Part shown: piece after piece, positions 37,536 through 47,595 of the stretch
Numbering within the stretch: the first letter of the stretch is position 1
How the letters are laid out: each line of letters opens with the position of its first letter
IMG/VR virus record: IMGVR_UViG_3300047585_000006
Location: 1-58,092 of that record
DNA length: 58,092 nucleotides
Source: a virus
Taxonomy: Duplodnaviria; Caudoviricetes
Reading direction: 5' to 3' (one strand)
Program-made: the position numbers and the translations under genes
The notes under the pieces: model-generated
Database searches by the model: none
Seen by the model: the letters and a program-made list of their open reading frames with translations, nothing else
Told to the model about the DNA's origin: nothing

Positions 37536-39671
37536 CTAAACTACACTCGGCAATTGGCCCTGAAGCCCTTGCTGTGACGGCTCACCGTTGACGGCTTCAC
37601 TCAGCCCGCTGGCTTTTGCAGCTTCACGCGTGATGTCACGCTTGATGCGATTGTCAGACGCCTGATCTTCCAACTGTTGCTTCTGTTGGAATTTCTGTTG
37701 GTCGCCTTGCTGCTTGGCCTGCATTGCTTGAGCTTGCAGGGCGGCTTTTGAGTTCGCCTGCTTCTTAGCAATCATGTCCGGCGTCATCTTCTTGATGATG
37801 TCGTTCTTGTTCTTCCATTCCGATGCTTCGAGCCACATGCTGATGATCGGCTTGAAGTCGATGTACTCCTCATTGATTTCGGCAAGTGACTGCTGAATCT
37901 GAGGATTGTCGAGAATCTGCGTCAGCATTACCATGCTTTGTGCCATCGTACGTTTCGCGGCCAGTGAAGACCCAGCGAGAACTTCGTACTCGATTTGAGC
38001 GTCGTGATATTCCTGAATGTTGAACTTGTTCAGGAAGTCTTCGCCCATCTCGCGTCCGAGAATGTGAACGATTGCGGCATCGCTCATGACGTTGAATACT
38101 AGCTCGTCGATGATGCCGAGGAACGGTTTGAATACCTGTTCGATGAAGTTGTCGAGCGGACCATCCAGCCGGGTCGCACTTGCACCCGCCATGATGTTCG
38201 CACCCGCTGCTGACCGCCCCATACCGGAACGCGGACCAGCGGACGATCCCTGCACGAGCGTTTGGTCTGCACCAGAAGAGGACTCAGTCGCCTGTTCACT
38301 CTCCTTCAATGCCGCCCAGATGTCGCCGGGTACTTTCGGTGTCTCCATCAGCTTGTACGACTTCTCCGTGTCAGTGACGCTCAGGATTTTGCCTAGACCC
38401 GTACGAATGACTTGGGTCGGTGCATTGTCCTCGCGGTTGCGGAGATAAATCGGGTTGACGCCGTAGCTCAAAATCTTGAGGATGGCGTTGATCGTTCCTT
38501 GATCGACTCGTTGGTTCTGGCCGACAATGAGGCCGAGACCCATGCCATAGAATGCCCGTGGGCGGTTCCACCAGTTCGAGGATAGGAACGGAATCTGTTT
38601 GAACTCGTTGTCGCTTTTGCAGATGACGTGTTCTTGGTTGAGCACGAGAATCTTTCGATCCTTGTCCCAATACTCCAAGATTTCGATCTTCGTGCGAAGC
38701 GGGTCCGGCGAGGACGACTCGTTCATCTTCTGGGCGTGGGCTACAACGCCTTCGATGTAAGTCGCTTGCTCAGTCTCCAGAGTTTGTGCCTTGATGTTAC
38801 CCGGCGTGCTCCACAACGCTTTCAATTCTGCTTCAGATGGAATCATCCAGCCCTTGATGGCTTCACCCGACTCGCCGTCTGCGATGGCATTTTCAATCGC
38901 CTTACGCAGATCGTTAAGCTGGTAGAAGTCCATGTATTGGACATCGACAACCCATGCTGCTTGACGAATGTCGCTGACCCACAACTGCGGATCGACGAGC
39001 ACTTTGTCAATCGGACGCCATTGGAAGAACGGCATCGGAACGGTCTTGGTTGACCGTGTAATGTTTGGTGGTTCATCCGTCGGCAACGAAACCGTTGCAG
39101 CGGAGTTATTCGGATCATCGGCTGGAATATCCAGCTTGGTTGCCTTGCGGCGAACGCTGATGATGTCTTTCCACTCGTATCCCCACTTGAAAATTCCCGT
39201 TCCGAGAAACGCCATCTGCTCAAGCCCCCACTTCGTCTGGGTCTTAAACTGGCACTCGTCGAGAATGAAGGAGAACAATGCAGTCTTCGCATCGACCACG
39301 CTCTGTGGTGTGCCGGGGCGAGGACGCATTAGCATCGGAGGATCGTCGTAGAACAATCCTTTATAAAGCTGAGGGACTACCGCGTTGCAGACCTTCGCAA
39401 CGGTGAAACGAACTACGTTCGGTTCTAGGACGTACGTGTTCTCGTACACCGTCATTGGGCGAGGCGATTGGAACAGAAGGTCCGCATCCCGCCATAAAAG
39501 CGTCCACTGGCGATTCGCAATATAAGCCTTGGCCATCGCAGCGGACTGGACAACTAACGTAAGGTCAACGCTTTTCGATTTTGTTTCTCCGCTCTGGGTA
39601 AAATCCGCACCTGTTAAAGTTGCGTTTGCATTTCCGTCCGATTGGGGAGGAGCAACTTGTGTTTCAGCCAT
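37536..39671 (-). CDS. portal protein (P22-like)
   Basis: 711 aa after TerL; LGTGIFKWG, VLVDP, FYGMG, Gln-rich C-terminal helix. Confidence 0.85.
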   Translation of the reverse strand: MAETQVAPPQSDGNANATLTGADFTQSGETKSKSVDLTLVVQSAAMAKAYIANRQWTLLWRDADLLFQSPRPMTVYENTYVLEPNVVRFTVAKVCNAVVPQLYKGLFYDDPPMLMRPRPGTPQSVVDAKTALFSFILDECQFKTQTKWGLEQMAFLGTGIFKWGYEWKDIISVRRKATKLDIPADDPNNSAATVSLPTDEPPNITRSTKTVPMPFFQWRPIDKVLVDPQLWVSDIRQAAWVVDVQYMDFYQLNDLRKAIENAIADGESGEAIKGWMIPSEAELKALWSTPGNIKAQTLETEQATYIEGVVAHAQKMNESSSPDPLRTKIEILEYWDKDRKILVLNQEHVICKSDNEFKQIPFLSSNWWNRPRAFYGMGLGLIVGQNQRVDQGTINAILKILSYGVNPIYLRNREDNAPTQVIRTGLGKILSVTDTEKSYKLMETPKVPGDIWAALKESEQATESSSGADQTLVQGSSAGPRSGMGRSAAGANIMAGASATRLDGPLDNFIEQVFKPFLGIIDELVFNVMSDAAIVHILGREMGEDFLNKFNIQEYHDAQIEYEVLAGSSLAAKRTMAQSMVMLTQILDNPQIQQSLAEINEEYIDFKPIISMWLEASEWKNKNDIIKKMTPDMIAKKQANSKAALQAQAMQAKQQGDQQKFQQKQQLEDQASDNRIKRDITREAAKASGLSEAVNGEPSQQGLQGQLPSVV

Positions 39672-39683
39672 TACTCATCCTTT

Positions 39684-41684
39684 CTAGCCGAACAAATCCT
39701 GCAAGGGGTCGTTCGCCGCGTACGCCGCGTCTTGAGCAGCTTGTTTTACTATAGTGCTTGGGTCCATCTCAGGAAACTCAAGGGCAACATTTTTGATGTT
39801 GAACTTTGAATATTGTCCCAACCCATAGACTTGGTCGTAGAACGACGTGCCCTTCGGGTCCGGCTGGTAGTCGGTACTCGCCGCTGTCATCTTCGCTTCG
39901 ATGTCTGCGTAACTTCCAAACTCTTGAACGAGAATCGCCAGCGAATCGACAATGTCGTCGTGCGTGGCAGAGGCCGTTCCGAACTTCGACAACTCATCAT
40001 AGAGTTCATCGAGGCCGGGGCAGGAGTTCACAAACTTGAGACGATCATCTCCGAGGAACCGTAGAACGGGGCCAGCCTTGGTGATCTTCGACTTGGTCTT
40101 GTTTCCTTGACCGAGTCCAACCAACCGTACAGGAACTCGCACCTTGAGCTTATCCATCTCGCGGTACGTCTCACGCTGAACATACTTCTCAGCCTTGCCC
40201 GTGTCCTCAATGCAAATCGTCTTCGGCTTCCATTGGAGAGCCGTCGCCGCAATCATCGCCGGGAGCGTGTATTCGTCGTAACGACCACGCTTCATGTCGA
40301 TGATGTAAAATCGTCCGCCGTAGATCAATGCCGTAAGGATGACTGTGTAGTCGGCCCACGACTTAGTCGAATACGCGGTGTCGATTACTGTGACGATCAT
40401 CCCGGTGCCGGGAACGTCAACGGCGTTCACAGTCTTGCGAATCAGAAGCTCCCGAGGGAACTTGATGACGTGCATCTGTGTCGGATCGTTGAGGTACTTG
40501 ATCGCAAAGTAAGGATCAGTTTTTCGCTTGGTGTTTAAGAATTTGAAAGTGAGGGCGTGCGGGTTATCGGGATCGTTGAACCAGTATCCATAATCCTGTT
40601 CCAACATCTCCTCAGTAATCTTACCCGCTTGACGGGCAGCCTCCGTCATCCACCAAGCTGCACGGATATAAATCTTTGTCGGAAAGTCTTCCCCATCTTC
40701 CGCGAACTTTTTCTGGTTCTTTATAATCTGGCCGTAAACATCTTCTTGGTCGTACCAAGTACCGATCAGATCGTAGAATCCGTAGGGGTGAAGCATAGCT
40801 TGGTTGATACTAACCTGCTTGTTAATGTTCTTCATGCGGTCAGTTGTTTGAGAATTTTCGTTGGTTACCACGTCGTCGAGTTTCAGAACCCCTACGTGCC
40901 ATCCAGTAAGGTTTTGTTCAATAGACGCAGCGAATACTGTCGGTTCTTTTTCTTTAACCGAAACGGCAGGAGTCTGGTATTCAGAACTCTTACCATCGTC
41001 GGGAGCGATACAGTGCTCAGGAAATAAAACTTGAAACATACTCACAGAGCCGTCAGCCATCGTGCGGGGGCGTAGCGGCTTCTTACCAAATAGGGTAGAG
41101 TCTCCACCTTCTTCGAGAGTAAAATGTCCTTTGATTTCTCCGACGAAGTCATTCGCCAGAGCAAGAACGCCAGTCAACACGAGGATGGTAACTTCGGGCC
41201 AGCACGCAATGTACTGTACGCAGTCAGCCATATCCATAGAACTCTTAAACCCGCCGCGAGGGACGAGCAGAAGTCGTTCTTTTTTGTCGATATATTGAGT
41301 CGCAAATTCTTTGAAGGATTTTCGGGTAGGGTCTTTTCTTACGAAAAATTCGTTGCAGATGCTCTCGTGAACCGTGTGCGTCGTGCCATCTGTCCAGACA
41401 TACTCACGGTCGGACATATCTTTATAAGTCTCAAGCAATTTGCATAGAGCGAAAAGGTTTGTCTGGGCTAAGAAGCGATATTGAAGAACTAAGTCTAGCT
41501 CCTCTACCTTAAATCCCCCAAACTTAACCGCTGTAAGGCCAATTTTCTCAGTGTGTCCGTGTAGTACTCGATCCCAACTTTTTTCAGCAGCATCTTTGAA
41601 GGCTGTATCCGTCAGGTTGCGGTACTGATAATTCTTGTCCGTCCGATGTTTCGTAAACCAAATCGCCAGTTGTTCCTTCGTCAT
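39684..41684 (-). CDS. terL: terminase large subunit
   Basis: PRGGFKSS Walker A, LKLDD Walker B, IGTWY; nuclease IDTA...DYT...HDDIVD. Confidence 0.93.
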   Translation of the reverse strand: MTKEQLAIWFTKHRTDKNYQYRNLTDTAFKDAAEKSWDRVLHGHTEKIGLTAVKFGGFKVEELDLVLQYRFLAQTNLFALCKLLETYKDMSDREYVWTDGTTHTVHESICNEFFVRKDPTRKSFKEFATQYIDKKERLLLVPRGGFKSSMDMADCVQYIACWPEVTILVLTGVLALANDFVGEIKGHFTLEEGGDSTLFGKKPLRPRTMADGSVSMFQVLFPEHCIAPDDGKSSEYQTPAVSVKEKEPTVFAASIEQNLTGWHVGVLKLDDVVTNENSQTTDRMKNINKQVSINQAMLHPYGFYDLIGTWYDQEDVYGQIIKNQKKFAEDGEDFPTKIYIRAAWWMTEAARQAGKITEEMLEQDYGYWFNDPDNPHALTFKFLNTKRKTDPYFAIKYLNDPTQMHVIKFPRELLIRKTVNAVDVPGTGMIVTVIDTAYSTKSWADYTVILTALIYGGRFYIIDMKRGRYDEYTLPAMIAATALQWKPKTICIEDTGKAEKYVQRETYREMDKLKVRVPVRLVGLGQGNKTKSKITKAGPVLRFLGDDRLKFVNSCPGLDELYDELSKFGTASATHDDIVDSLAILVQEFGSYADIEAKMTAASTDYQPDPKGTSFYDQVYGLGQYSKFNIKNVALEFPEMDPSTIVKQAAQDAAYAANDPLQDLFG

Positions 41685-41910
41685 GCAGCCTCTTCCACGC
41701 TTCCACGTAGGCGGCTGCTTTGCGAAGCAGTTCAGGAGAATCTTTCAAGCATCCAACGCCCGCATTACACAAAGGACAAAGAATGCTACGAGTTCGATTC
41801 GTCTCGTGGTCATGATCCGTAGACCATCCACGACCTCCGGGTTCAGTTACGCCGCATAGACCACAACAGCGACCTTGGGCTTCAAACTTCAACTCCCATT
41901 CCGTTTTCAT
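41584..41910 (-). CDS. endonuclease VII-like HNH endonuclease
   Basis: CGLC, DHDH, RSILCPLCNAGVG; overlaps terL by 101 nt. Confidence 0.88.
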   Translation of the reverse strand: MKTEWELKFEAQGRCCGLCGVTEPGGRGWSTDHDHETNRTRSILCPLCNAGVGCLKDSPELLRKAAAYVEAWKRLHDEGTTGDLVYETSDGQELSVPQPDGYSLQRCC

Positions 41911-41927
41911 ATTATTCTCCTAAGTTT

Positions 41928-41956
41928 ATAATACTACAAAGGCGAACAAAATGCAA
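41928..41956 (-). promoter_or_regulatory. sigma70-like promoter
   Basis: TTGCAT-N17-TATTAT upstream of AGGAG and ATG 41910. Confidence 0.6.
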
Positions 41957-41959
41957 ACC

Positions 41960-42577
41960 TTATTTTTTAACGTGTTTATGCGACCAGTGGGCCATGCTCA
42001 AAGCAAGGTGCCCCATTGCACTAGTATGTGGGTTGTCCGAATTTGCCGCTTCCTGTTTCTTTTCCATCGGAATTGGCTGGTCTTCGGGGATACCGAAATG
42101 TCTATGAAGTGCTCCACCATGTAGCTTCGCCATCGAGCGGTGGAAGTGCTGCTTCTCTGAGTCTGAATGGTTCATGTCATCTCCGTCCACGGCCTGCTCA
42201 ACCGCGTTCTTGTTATCTGGATTGTCCGGGTTGTCCTCAGCCTTGATGATCTTCTCGCCCTTCTTGACAACGGCGAGTCCTGTTTTAGGGACGCTGGCGG
42301 TTCCAGTGTGGTACTTCGGAATTTCGTTACCCTCGGAGTCGAGACGTTTCTCATCAGGTCTGTCGCCATAGCGTTTACCCGAATCACCCTTGGGTGCAGC
42401 CGCCGCCGGAGCCTTCTCATCAGTCGAGTTGCCCTTGAGTGCTGCTTCACCTTGGCGGTTCATCTGTGAACGTGCCGCGAGTTCCGCACCAAGCCCAGAC
42501 GTTTCCGACTGGCCTGCGTTGTACTTGTCCTGAAGGCTCTTAGTAACTGCCTTGATCTTGTTATAAGTCGATTCCAT
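41960..42577 (-). CDS. hypothetical phage protein
   Basis: YHTGTASVPKTGLAVVKKGEKII and GALHRHFGIP motifs. Confidence 0.7.
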   Translation of the reverse strand: MESTYNKIKAVTKSLQDKYNAGQSETSGLGAELAARSQMNRQGEAALKGNSTDEKAPAAAAPKGDSGKRYGDRPDEKRLDSEGNEIPKYHTGTASVPKTGLAVVKKGEKIIKAEDNPDNPDNKNAVEQAVDGDDMNHSDSEKQHFHRSMAKLHGGALHRHFGIPEDQPIPMEKKQEAANSDNPHTSAMGHLALSMAHWSHKHVKK

Positions 42578-42876
42578 TACGCCCCCGGCATCGGTGAAGG
42601 AGCCGCAGTCATCTGTGCGGGCCCGCCCGCATCAGGAGCCGCTGGAGCCGCTTCGCCCTCATTCGGCGTGCCCGCGTGCATCTCGTTGTGGGCAGAGACA
42701 TCCGCGAGATTGTCCATGACATGCGTCTCATCCGGGTGTTCTTCAGGATGGTGGTGCTTGTGGGTCATGATGTGCTTACCATTATGACTTTTTGTGTGGC
42801 TTATCTCCTTGATTTCTTTTTTATGTTTCGGTCGTGGGGATATTTTCGCCATTGCTTCAGCTGGAGAAAACGACAT
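42577..42876 (-). CDS. His-rich hypothetical protein
   Basis: AAGGA before ATG 42876; TAATG overlap with the next gene. Confidence 0.65.
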   Translation of the reverse strand: MSFSPAEAMAKISPRPKHKKEIKEISHTKSHNGKHIMTHKHHHPEEHPDETHVMDNLADVSAHNEMHAGTPNEGEAAPAAPDAGGPAQMTAAPSPMPGA

Positions 42877-43282
42877 TGGATTCCTTTCTTTTCCGCTCAA
42901 CATATTCGGCGGCTTTACGAAGAAGCTCCGGGGAATCCCTGAAACTTCCGAGGGCCGTGTTACACCGATGACACAGAAGTCCTCGGATACACTTGCCACA
43001 ACTCTTCGTTCCTGAACAGCAAGAGTGGTCGTGGTCAATAGCGGGCGTTACGTCAAACACGTCTTCGCATAGAGCACATGAATTATTTTGAGTTACGGAC
43101 ATCTCCACAAATCTCTGAAACGTAATGTTAAAGTTCTGTTGAAGATGATACGTACGACGATACGCGTCTTTTTCCGTGCGGTGCGTACTCCGATAGTTCT
43201 TGTCGTACTCAGACTTTTCGTCCCGCTTTTGTTCCACACGGGCGTGATCGTACGCAGCCTTCTTTTCTTTCGACATCGGCAT
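42857..43282 (-). CDS. endonuclease VII-like HNH endonuclease
   Basis: CALC, IDHDHSCC...SCGKCIRGLLCHRCNTALG. Confidence 0.92.
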   Translation of the reverse strand: MPMSKEKKAAYDHARVEQKRDEKSEYDKNYRSTHRTEKDAYRRTYHLQQNFNITFQRFVEMSVTQNNSCALCEDVFDVTPAIDHDHSCCSGTKSCGKCIRGLLCHRCNTALGSFRDSPELLRKAAEYVERKRKESNVVFSS

Positions 43283-43292
43283 AGCGGTTCTC

Positions 43293-43329
43293 CTTAGCAT
43301 AGAATTGGGCGGTGTGCTAAGCACCGCCC
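43293..43329 (-). promoter_or_regulatory. hairpin with loop complementary to the RBS region (putative pseudoknot)
   Basis: GGGCGGTG-CTTAGCA-CACCGCCC...TGCTAAG-GAG. Confidence 0.75.
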
Positions 43330-43349
43330 TAGATGGGTAATTAAGCCAT

Positions 43350-43871
43350 CTATTTATCGAAAAATCGGGGTAGTTCTCTCCACCGAGTCCTTGCATGAGC
43401 ACGCATACCGACACCGGGATCATAAGGCGGATACAGAGTACGAAATTTCTTTTCAGCGGCAATGAAGCCTTCTGGCATTTCCCCAATAGTTCGGAGAAAC
43501 ATCAGCATCATAGTCGGGCCGCGAGTGTGGCCTGCGACACAGTGCGAGAGAACCGTCTTGCCCGCGTCATATCTGTCTTTCAAAAATCTCAATCCAGCGT
43601 CTACCACTTTGGCCGGAATCATCTCGGGATCATCCACGTCGATGAGGTTCAACGCCATGTGATCTTTATCACTCTGGACGAAATAGTAGTCATCACCGTC
43701 TTTTGGTGCCCCGAGAGTCGTATAACCGAGAACTGTTCTATGGCAATCCGATGTGCCGTCCTTACAAGCAGCGAGTACCGAGTAACCGCGTCTGTTAGCT
43801 TCTGGAACGCCTTCCTTGTCGCCCACCCACAATCGGTCGATGATCTCGTGGAGAATTTTCTTGTATAACAT
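43350..43871 (-). CDS. dual-specificity/tyrosine phosphatase-like protein
   Basis: RLWVG; VLSHCVAGHTRG (HCx5R). Confidence 0.88.
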   Translation of the reverse strand: MLYKKILHEIIDRLWVGDKEGVPEANRRGYSVLAACKDGTSDCHRTVLGYTTLGAPKDGDDYYFVQSDKDHMALNLIDVDDPEMIPAKVVDAGLRFLKDRYDAGKTVLSHCVAGHTRGPTMMLMFLRTIGEMPEGFIAAEKKFRTLYPPYDPGVGMRAHARTRWRELPRFFDK

Positions 43872-44205
43872 TCACTCCTCCGACTTGTAAACCCAAGGAC
43901 TCGAACGCCGCTGCGACATGCTCCCGAAAATGATTAAAGTCTTGTTTTCCTTCAAACATCTTTTGCCGACGCCCTGCCAGTTCGGGAGTGTCGTTGCGTG
44001 CGAAAATACTTCGTTCGAGACAGGGTTGCTTGGGAAAAGCCGCAGACCGAATCAACACTGTCGTCGCGTTCTTGATTTTTCGATCTCTAGAATCTGGGCC
44101 GCGAAGTGCGACAAGTACATCCCAGAGGTCCGCACTATACGCCGTCCCGTCAAGCATGTCCTGAATCTGGTCAAGTGCTTGGCGAAGAGTTTTAGGTTTC
44201 GCCAT
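43795..44205 (-). CDS. hypothetical protein
   Basis: GGAGG RBS; 136 aa. Confidence 0.6.
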   Translation of the reverse strand: MAKPKTLRQALDQIQDMLDGTAYSADLWDVLVALRGPDSRDRKIKNATTVLIRSAAFPKQPCLERSIFARNDTPELAGRRQKMFEGKQDFNHFREHVAAAFESLGLQVGGVNVIQENSPRDHRPIVGGRQGRRSRS

Positions 44206-44308
44206 GCACCCTCCAGTTATTTCGATTTTGCTTGCTTACGTCGTAACAGTGTGAACGCCCGACGAGGTTGAAGATTCTCAGATTTCCCGTTCTTGAGTGT
44301 GATTTTCA

Positions 44309-44989
44309 TTAGTCATGTACCGCCATTACATTCAAGATAAACGGAGTCGAATCTAGGTTATTCGCGTCGTACGCACCGCATTCCGCAATGAACCCCGCCG
44401 CCGTCTTTGACTTCGCCCCGTTATAAAAGAAGAAATCTCCGATGGTGTAGACCGTCCATGTCACCGTGCCATCAGTCGTCGCACCGCTGTAAGCTGGACC
44501 CGTCGTCCACGTTGGTTGAGTCGCTCCGGTAGTTCCCGCAGTCGTAACCTGCTGGATCATACCATTAGAATCAACTATCGTGTATCCGAGAGCGAAAGCG
44601 GTGTTCGCCGACCACGCAGGGTATTGACTCGCTTCTAGCTCAACGGAAACACTGATGCTGTAATTTGTGTCCGCAAACGCCGTCGAAAAAGTAATCGGAA
44701 CGTTTGCGTAATAGTTATTCTGGTCGGCTGTCGATGACGTGTAAGGGACACGGAGCGTTTGAATCGCCCGCGTAATTCCCGACGGACCCTGCGGACCTTG
44801 AGGCCCTGCTGGGCCGACCGGACCGGGAGAACCGCCCCCGCCGAGAGAATTGAGTTGAACACCCGAACCCGCAACATTGCCGAAACCATCAGCCACTAAA
44901 ACAACTCCCGCAGGCTGAATTTTTAAGTTCCAGTCTGCGGTTGCTGCTAATGGATTATCGCCAGAACCTTGTCCATTAAGGGTAGACAT
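44309..44989 (-). CDS. putative virion protein with short collagen-like segment
   Basis: GPVGPAGPQGPQGPSG; ITFSTAFADTNYSI; W-x2-NT...TTDGTVTW module. Confidence 0.7.
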   Translation of the reverse strand: MSTLNGQGSGDNPLAATADWNLKIQPAGVVLVADGFGNVAGSGVQLNSLGGGGSPGPVGPAGPQGPQGPSGITRAIQTLRVPYTSSTADQNNYYANVPITFSTAFADTNYSISVSVELEASQYPAWSANTAFALGYTIVDSNGMIQQVTTAGTTGATQPTWTTGPAYSGATTDGTVTWTVYTIGDFFFYNGAKSKTAAGFIAECGAYDANNLDSTPFILNVMAVHD

Positions 44990-44998
44990 AGTCCGTCC

Positions 44999-46399
44999 TT
45001 AACTTTCAAGCACTATCGCCAAACCCGTCGGGGCGGTCGGCGGTGCCGGAGGAACATTAGGCGGCGATGGCGGAAGTGCAAGACAAATCAATGCACTCGC
45101 CGGAGAAACGTTGAGCCATGTAACCGAACCATCGGTCGTAGTCCCATTAACAGTGCCGTTGAAAGTCGGTCGCGTTGCACCTGAGGTACCCGCAATCACG
45201 ACTTCTTGGAAACTATTTGTGGCGTCGTCAAAAGTAACTTCACCCGCAGAATACTCAGTATTCGCTTGCCAGTTTCCCGCGAAGGGGAGCATGTTGAACA
45301 ACACGACGTTATTGCCCGCGAGGGTAATCGCCCCCGTCAGTGCAAGCAGCCGTCCGTTCACCGTAGCACTCGTATTGACCGTGATGCTGGCTTGGGCTAC
45401 GATAGTCCCGACAAAAGTCGTATCGGTTCCGATTGTGGCGGAACTGCCCACCTGCCAGAACACATTAGCCGCTTGAGCACCGTTGACGAGCAGAATAGCA
45501 CTATCCGATGCCGCAGTTGTCAAGGCACTTCCAATTTGGAATACCCAGACTGCGTTTGGATCGCCTTGAGCGTCCAGAGTCAGAATTCCAGTCACGCCGA
45601 TGGTTGAAGACGAAGTGTAAACACCCGGAGTCAGAGTTTGACCCCCGAGGTCACCCGATATAGTCTGTGTGCTTGTCATCAACATCAGAGCGTTATAGAG
45701 TTGCTGTGCCGCCGCTTCACCATTAGCCGCAACGTAGTCGGCTGCGTGGAACACACCGCTGATAACGCCCGGAGGGAATCCCGTAATAGAAGTACCCGGA
45801 TACGTCCCCACATCGCCTGAGAGATTAGTTGCTCCCGTGCTAGTGACCGTAGTCGCCGCAAGAACGATAAAACTGTCAAGTCCAACAGCGATAGCAGGAG
45901 AGTCTGGAGTTGGTCCGTAAGGGACTGGTGTGGACTCGATGCCGAGGGAATCAGCACTCTCAACGCCACCACTCACTGCCGTGATTTCGTAACTGTACGA
46001 AACGCCGGGATAGACGTTTGAGTCGGTGTATTGAGGAATCTGGTTAGCGAGAGCAACATGAGTTTCTGCAACACCACTAGTATTATCCAGAGTCAAACTC
46101 GTCGCGGTCGAAGCCGTGCAAGCGAAAGTTCCGTTGTTAGAAGCATTACCGAAACCCGCAATCTTGAAAGAAAATCCCGCCCAAGCGTTTCCTGCACCAC
46201 CCGAGAAACTTCCGGCATACGTAGTAGACCCGGATACCGCAGCCGCAACCGAAGAGATACTCCCCGGCGAAAACACTGTCACCAAAGTGGCGTTGATAGG
46301 TGCCACACCTTCGTTACCGGGCAGGGTTCCTCGGTAAACATTGTAACCCGAAACCGGAGTTGCACTCGGGTTCCACTGTAAAACAATTTCATTAGTCAT
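44999..46399 (-). CDS. DUF3494 ice-binding-like domain protein with FN3-like elements
   Basis: DLGGQTLTPGVY, LTLDAQGDPNAVWVFQIGSALTT, NGAQAANVFWQVGSSATIG, GRLLA. Confidence 0.92.
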   Translation of the reverse strand: MTNEIVLQWNPSATPVSGYNVYRGTLPGNEGVAPINATLVTVFSPGSISSVAAAVSGSTTYAGSFSGGAGNAWAGFSFKIAGFGNASNNGTFACTASTATSLTLDNTSGVAETHVALANQIPQYTDSNVYPGVSYSYEITAVSGGVESADSLGIESTPVPYGPTPDSPAIAVGLDSFIVLAATTVTSTGATNLSGDVGTYPGTSITGFPPGVISGVFHAADYVAANGEAAAQQLYNALMLMTSTQTISGDLGGQTLTPGVYTSSSTIGVTGILTLDAQGDPNAVWVFQIGSALTTAASDSAILLVNGAQAANVFWQVGSSATIGTDTTFVGTIVAQASITVNTSATVNGRLLALTGAITLAGNNVVLFNMLPFAGNWQANTEYSAGEVTFDDATNSFQEVVIAGTSGATRPTFNGTVNGTTTDGSVTWLNVSPASALICLALPPSPPNVPPAPPTAPTGLAIVLES

Positions 46400-46596
46400 G
46401 AAAGGCTCCTTTGTTTTTTTTTTTTTATGTCCCCGGACCTAAAATATCCTCAACTAACCAACAACGGGAACAACAAAGGGCAATATGTCACCATACTACG
46501 ATTTGTGGTTTGTGTCCTCCACCACGCTTACATTCTGTGAACGATCAAGTCGTCACCCGCCCACTCCGGGGCTGCTTACCCAAATTAAAAAAAAAA

Positions 46597-46815
46597 TTAA
46601 CGTGGACGCCAGTCCAACGTCAAACCATCTTCGGCGTACTTCTGTCCATATACGGCCAGCCCTGTTTTTCTCACGGGAGCCGCGACTGTCGCAACTTTAG
46701 AAACTTCAAACTCTACATGTGTTACTTTCACAACGGGTTCCTCAGTAATTTCAACTTGTCGAGGTTCGTGTCGCACTGAGGGGGTCTTTACACTGACAAC
46801 ACCGGGGATGTTCAT
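46597..46815 (-). CDS. small protein with C-terminal KYAEDGLTLDW motif
   Basis: AAGGA RBS; motif shared with neighbours. Confidence 0.7.
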   Translation of the reverse strand: MNIPGVVSVKTPSVRHEPRQVEITEEPVVKVTHVEFEVSKVATVAAPVRKTGLAVYGQKYAEDGLTLDWRPR

Positions 46816-46825
46816 AGTTTTTCCT

Positions 46826-47149
46826 TTACATATCTGTCAGAGTGATAAGACTCTTCTGCGGAGCCGCCGGGGGTACTGGAATCGCCGCGACCGCGTCGGT
46901 CGGGGCCGCTTGTCCTTGTCCGGCTTGTGCTTGCTTCTCGATCATGGCTTTCTTAGCCGCCATCAGCTTCATCGCCTGCTCTTGCAGATCGGTGACGTAG
47001 GAGCGAAGCACCACATTGGCAAAATTCATCATTGCATCTTTTGATTTTTCATCAAACAGCAACCAGAGTCCGCCTTGATTGTACACTTTCAGAAACCCGT
47101 CAACTGCTTGACGATTAACTGTCGGGTGATTGGGCATCGTATCCCCCAT
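46826..47149 (-). CDS. hypothetical protein
   Basis: ORF within the operon. Confidence 0.65.
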   Translation of the reverse strand: MGDTMPNHPTVNRQAVDGFLKVYNQGGLWLLFDEKSKDAMMNFANVVLRSYVTDLQEQAMKLMAAKKAMIEKQAQAGQGQAAPTDAVAAIPVPPAAPQKSLITLTDM

Positions 47150-47381
47150 TTTTTATTCGCTTCAACTTTGCTGCGACTTCGTCGTCGATGTTTGGCATCG
47201 GCACTTCGTTGGCCAACGCGGGCTTTGCCGACGTGTCGTCCATGATCTCGACATCGATGAGTCCGGTCAAAACGAGAAAGATATTCATCCAACGTCGTTT
47301 TTCAGTGTCGGTTTTCGCCTTCTTGACCATGAACTTTGCGACGTTTGTCGCCCACACTTTGTGCTCTGAATGTCTTGGCAC
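47115..47381 (-). CDS. hypothetical protein
   Basis: GGAGGAG RBS, GTG start. Confidence 0.65.
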   Translation of the reverse strand: MPRHSEHKVWATNVAKFMVKKAKTDTEKRRWMNIFLVLTGLIDVEIMDDTSAKPALANEVPMPNIDDEVAAKLKRIKNGGYDAQSPDS

Positions 47382-47595
47382 GGCTCCTCCGAAATGTCAT
47401 TAGCTCTTGTGGGGTTAACGCGGACTCGCAGTAATCCGCAAAATGATAAGGGTCCGTAAGCACATCATAAATCCGATGCACAGCGACACGCTTTCTGTCG
47501 TAACGCGTTGGACGCTTCTGGATATTTCTACACAGAAGCGTCCCTCAAGCAGCCCGTCGGCTGCACGACTTCGCGGTTTGCGAATTCGATAGAGA

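Noticed and set aside
37536-41684. Introns or inteins in portal and terL (also checked primase and polA)
   Set aside because: Frames are continuous with expected sizes, and no intein-like termini were noticed.
42859-42876. MSFSPA N-terminus identical to that of the MCP
   Set aside because: Only six residues with no further similarity; could be chance.
46410-46596. Non-coding gap with long T and A homopolymers as an ncRNA or genome end
   Set aside because: No convincing structure or terminal repeat seen; homopolymer lengths may be sequencing noise.
47115-47381. Terminase small subunit assignment
   Set aside because: No recognisable motif; left as hypothetical.
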